NCBI GenBank assembly: GCA_051362555.1 | Contig: CM120647.1 | Span: 3,348,001-3,412,000 of the forward strand | DNA from: Lingula anatina | Lineage: Eukaryota; Animalia; Brachiopoda | DNA: 64,000 nt | Direction: 5' to 3' | In this document: in pieces, positions 61,791-64,000 of the stretch | Position numbering within the stretch: position 1 is the first letter of the stretch | How the letters are laid out: every line of letters starts with the position of its first letter | Translations under genes and position numbers: made by a program | Notes under the pieces: generated by a model | What the model saw: only the letters and a program-made list of their open reading frames with translations | The model's database searches: none | Told to the model about the DNA's origin: nothing

Positions 61791-62840
61791 AAATACTGCC
61801 ACTTGAACCTGTCCTTTTTTAATGGTCAAATGATTTGTGATTTCATTGAACGTCTTTGATAGAAAGCTTTTAAGTGACATTAACCGAACCGTGTGCTGAT
61901 TATTGATTAAAGCGTAAGCGTATTCATCATGATCTATTTTGTAAACAACACTTGTCTAGACTGTGCTTGAATTGATCATCGTCACTGTTTGGCTACTCTC
62001 ACTGTAATGCGTGCTGAATGACAGACAACTTATAAATATCACCTGTGTTACTGTGTAAATGACTACATTTAGTTAAATTATAACGATGTCGGCGATTTAA
62101 TCCATCAAACATATTTATATTACCTGTAGTTCTTTTAAAACCAGTGTCAGGTTAACACCAAATCAAAGCAAGGAAGTACAACTGATGTAACTCCTTGATC
62201 AAAGCAAGCCTTGCTGACTGGTTTTGTTTAAATTGTCGTAAAATAAGTACATGTAAAGCTAAATAAAGCCTGTTTCAAGTTCACAGTGTTTATCCTAGCT
62301 ACATGTATAAAACTGCATGAAGAATATAACAAGACTGCGTAGCGAATTAACTTTCACAATGCTCTGTGCTTCAGGTTTCCCTAGAGTCCCGTGTAATACA
62401 ATAACACCGAAGAGTATAGCCTGGGAGTAATATAAATATGAGGCCGTGTATGAAAGATTGTACAAATTGAAATTTCTAGAATTTAAACATGCTAGGTTCG
62501 TGCACATCACTTACAGGGTTGCTACTTAATATGGAATATTTTTTATTCATTGTTATTTTTGAGTGCTGATTAAATTTTTGGCTTGAGTCATTAAAAACGC
62601 ATGTCACTGAGTGATAATAACATCCAGTCTTCTGTTGTGAGATATTTTGGACAATAATATCAAATTTGACATAAGATGCCATTCAAAAGAAAGGAACACC
62701 CCCAGAAAACCATATCACCAGTTTGATGTCAACTAACCAGTTTGATATAAACTTTAAGATAAGATATTAAAGAAAATGATAGCCTCCGGACAGTGATATG
62801 TTACACAGTCAAAGGACTCACTACAGTAAATCATGAAAAG

Positions 62841-63864
62841 TCAGTAATTGCGGGTATGACCTCCAGCAGCCGCCTGCAACGCCCTCATCCTACATGGCAT
62901 ACCCTGTGACACGTTTTTTAGAGTTTGAGTGGGGATATCATTCAACGCAGTGATATTTGCCTGTCGCAGTTCATCACAATTTACCGGCCGAGGACCATAG
63001 CTATTAATTCTGTGATTTATTTCCGCCCACAGATTTTCAATTGGGTTCATATCTGGAGAGTTTACAGGCCAGTGCAGTTGCTGAACCCATTGGTTTTGAA
63101 AAAGAACAGTGAATCTGCGGCCTCGATGTGGGGTTGCGCAGTCGTCTTGGTACACAAAGTTGTTCCTGAAGATGACTCTTACCAATCGAAGCATTGTTTG
63201 CTGTAGAATGTCTCTGTAGAAATCCTGGATGAGGTTGCCTCCTAGAAAAACCAACTGGTTCTGGGCACCGACATGAAATGCTCCCCAAACAGAGACGTTA
63301 CCATCCCCTGCTTGCACCCTATGCAGTACACAATCATTGTTTTATGCCCCTCGTACACGTCGGTGTACACGGATTCGACGATCAACCCTAAAAAATCCAT
63401 AGCTGGCCTCATCACTGAAAACGACGTGATTCCAGTGTTTTGGCTGCAAACGCACGTGGTCCCCAGCCCATTGCAAACGTTGCTGTATATTGCCTGCTGT
63501 TAACAGTGGTTTCCCTCTTGGCCTTCGTGCAAAATAATCGGCTTGCAGAAATCTCTTGTTCACGTGGGACCTTGAAACGGGCGTTTGAATGACATTCTGC
63601 CTCTCTTTTCTGAGGACACTGGTTGTCTTTGTACGATCAGTACGGCGTCTTCTAAGGAGAAGGCGATCCTGTCTTCTTGGTGTGATACGCGGACACCCTG
63701 GTCAAGGTATTGGAGTAGGTGTCCTGTTGCAGCGTTTCTTTGGAGGACTTCACAAACGGTTCCTGATAAATGTCGAATTACCTGGCAATGGCTGTCCGTT
63801 TCTGGCCATTTTCACTGAGAGCAAGAATCCCATAGTAAGCTGCGTTGCTTAGCTGTCGATCCAT
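62841..63864 (-). pseudogene. Decayed Tc1 (DD34E) transposase
   Basis: WNHVVFSDE, YQDDCATPH and WPVNSPDMNPIENLW with 34-residue D-E spacing; in-frame stops and frameshifts; TIRs not located. Confidence 0.9.
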
Positions 63865-64000
63865 ATCTTCACTAAGGTACCTGTCAAGTTTCAGAGCGAT
63901 CCCTTTGTTGCTTCTCTAAACACACTCCAAAGATTGACCAACCCATGCGTTTTTATACAAGGGCAGAAATTGCCGAAAAGACCAACCCTCACATTTCTGA

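Overview
AT-rich, intron-containing animal DNA, probably a marine invertebrate; this is an inference from the repeat types and protein domains. (1) 1-13.2 kb is a ~194-bp satellite array with a recurring ~0.5-kb spacer. It is interrupted by a complete 3.05-kb non-autonomous Helentron/HINE-type element with 120-bp internal repeats, and by an older decayed copy of the same element. (2) 13.2-25 kb is intergenic, with MITEs, a C-rich minisatellite, a LINE relic and a weakly supported small spliced gene. (3) 25385-58129 (- strand) holds 41 hand-spliced exons with canonical splice sites and consistent phases (12,539 nt, about 4,178 aa; 5' end not identified). They encode a giant single-pass membrane protein: Bark beetle/Anakonda-like beta-helix/SRCR/CUB units, a chitin-binding CBM14 domain, C-type lectin, EGF, PSI, a ~670-aa unassigned region, Cys-rich repeats, a VWD domain with GDPH, an EGF array, two cadherin repeats, a TM helix and a short tail. 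One intron carries a 5.3-kb TGT...ACA element with a 6-bp TSD and nested elements. (4) 58.2-64 kb contains a decayed LINE, a 252-bp palindromic MITE and a decayed Tc1 DD34E transposase. All domain calls come from motif recognition by eye; no searches were run.
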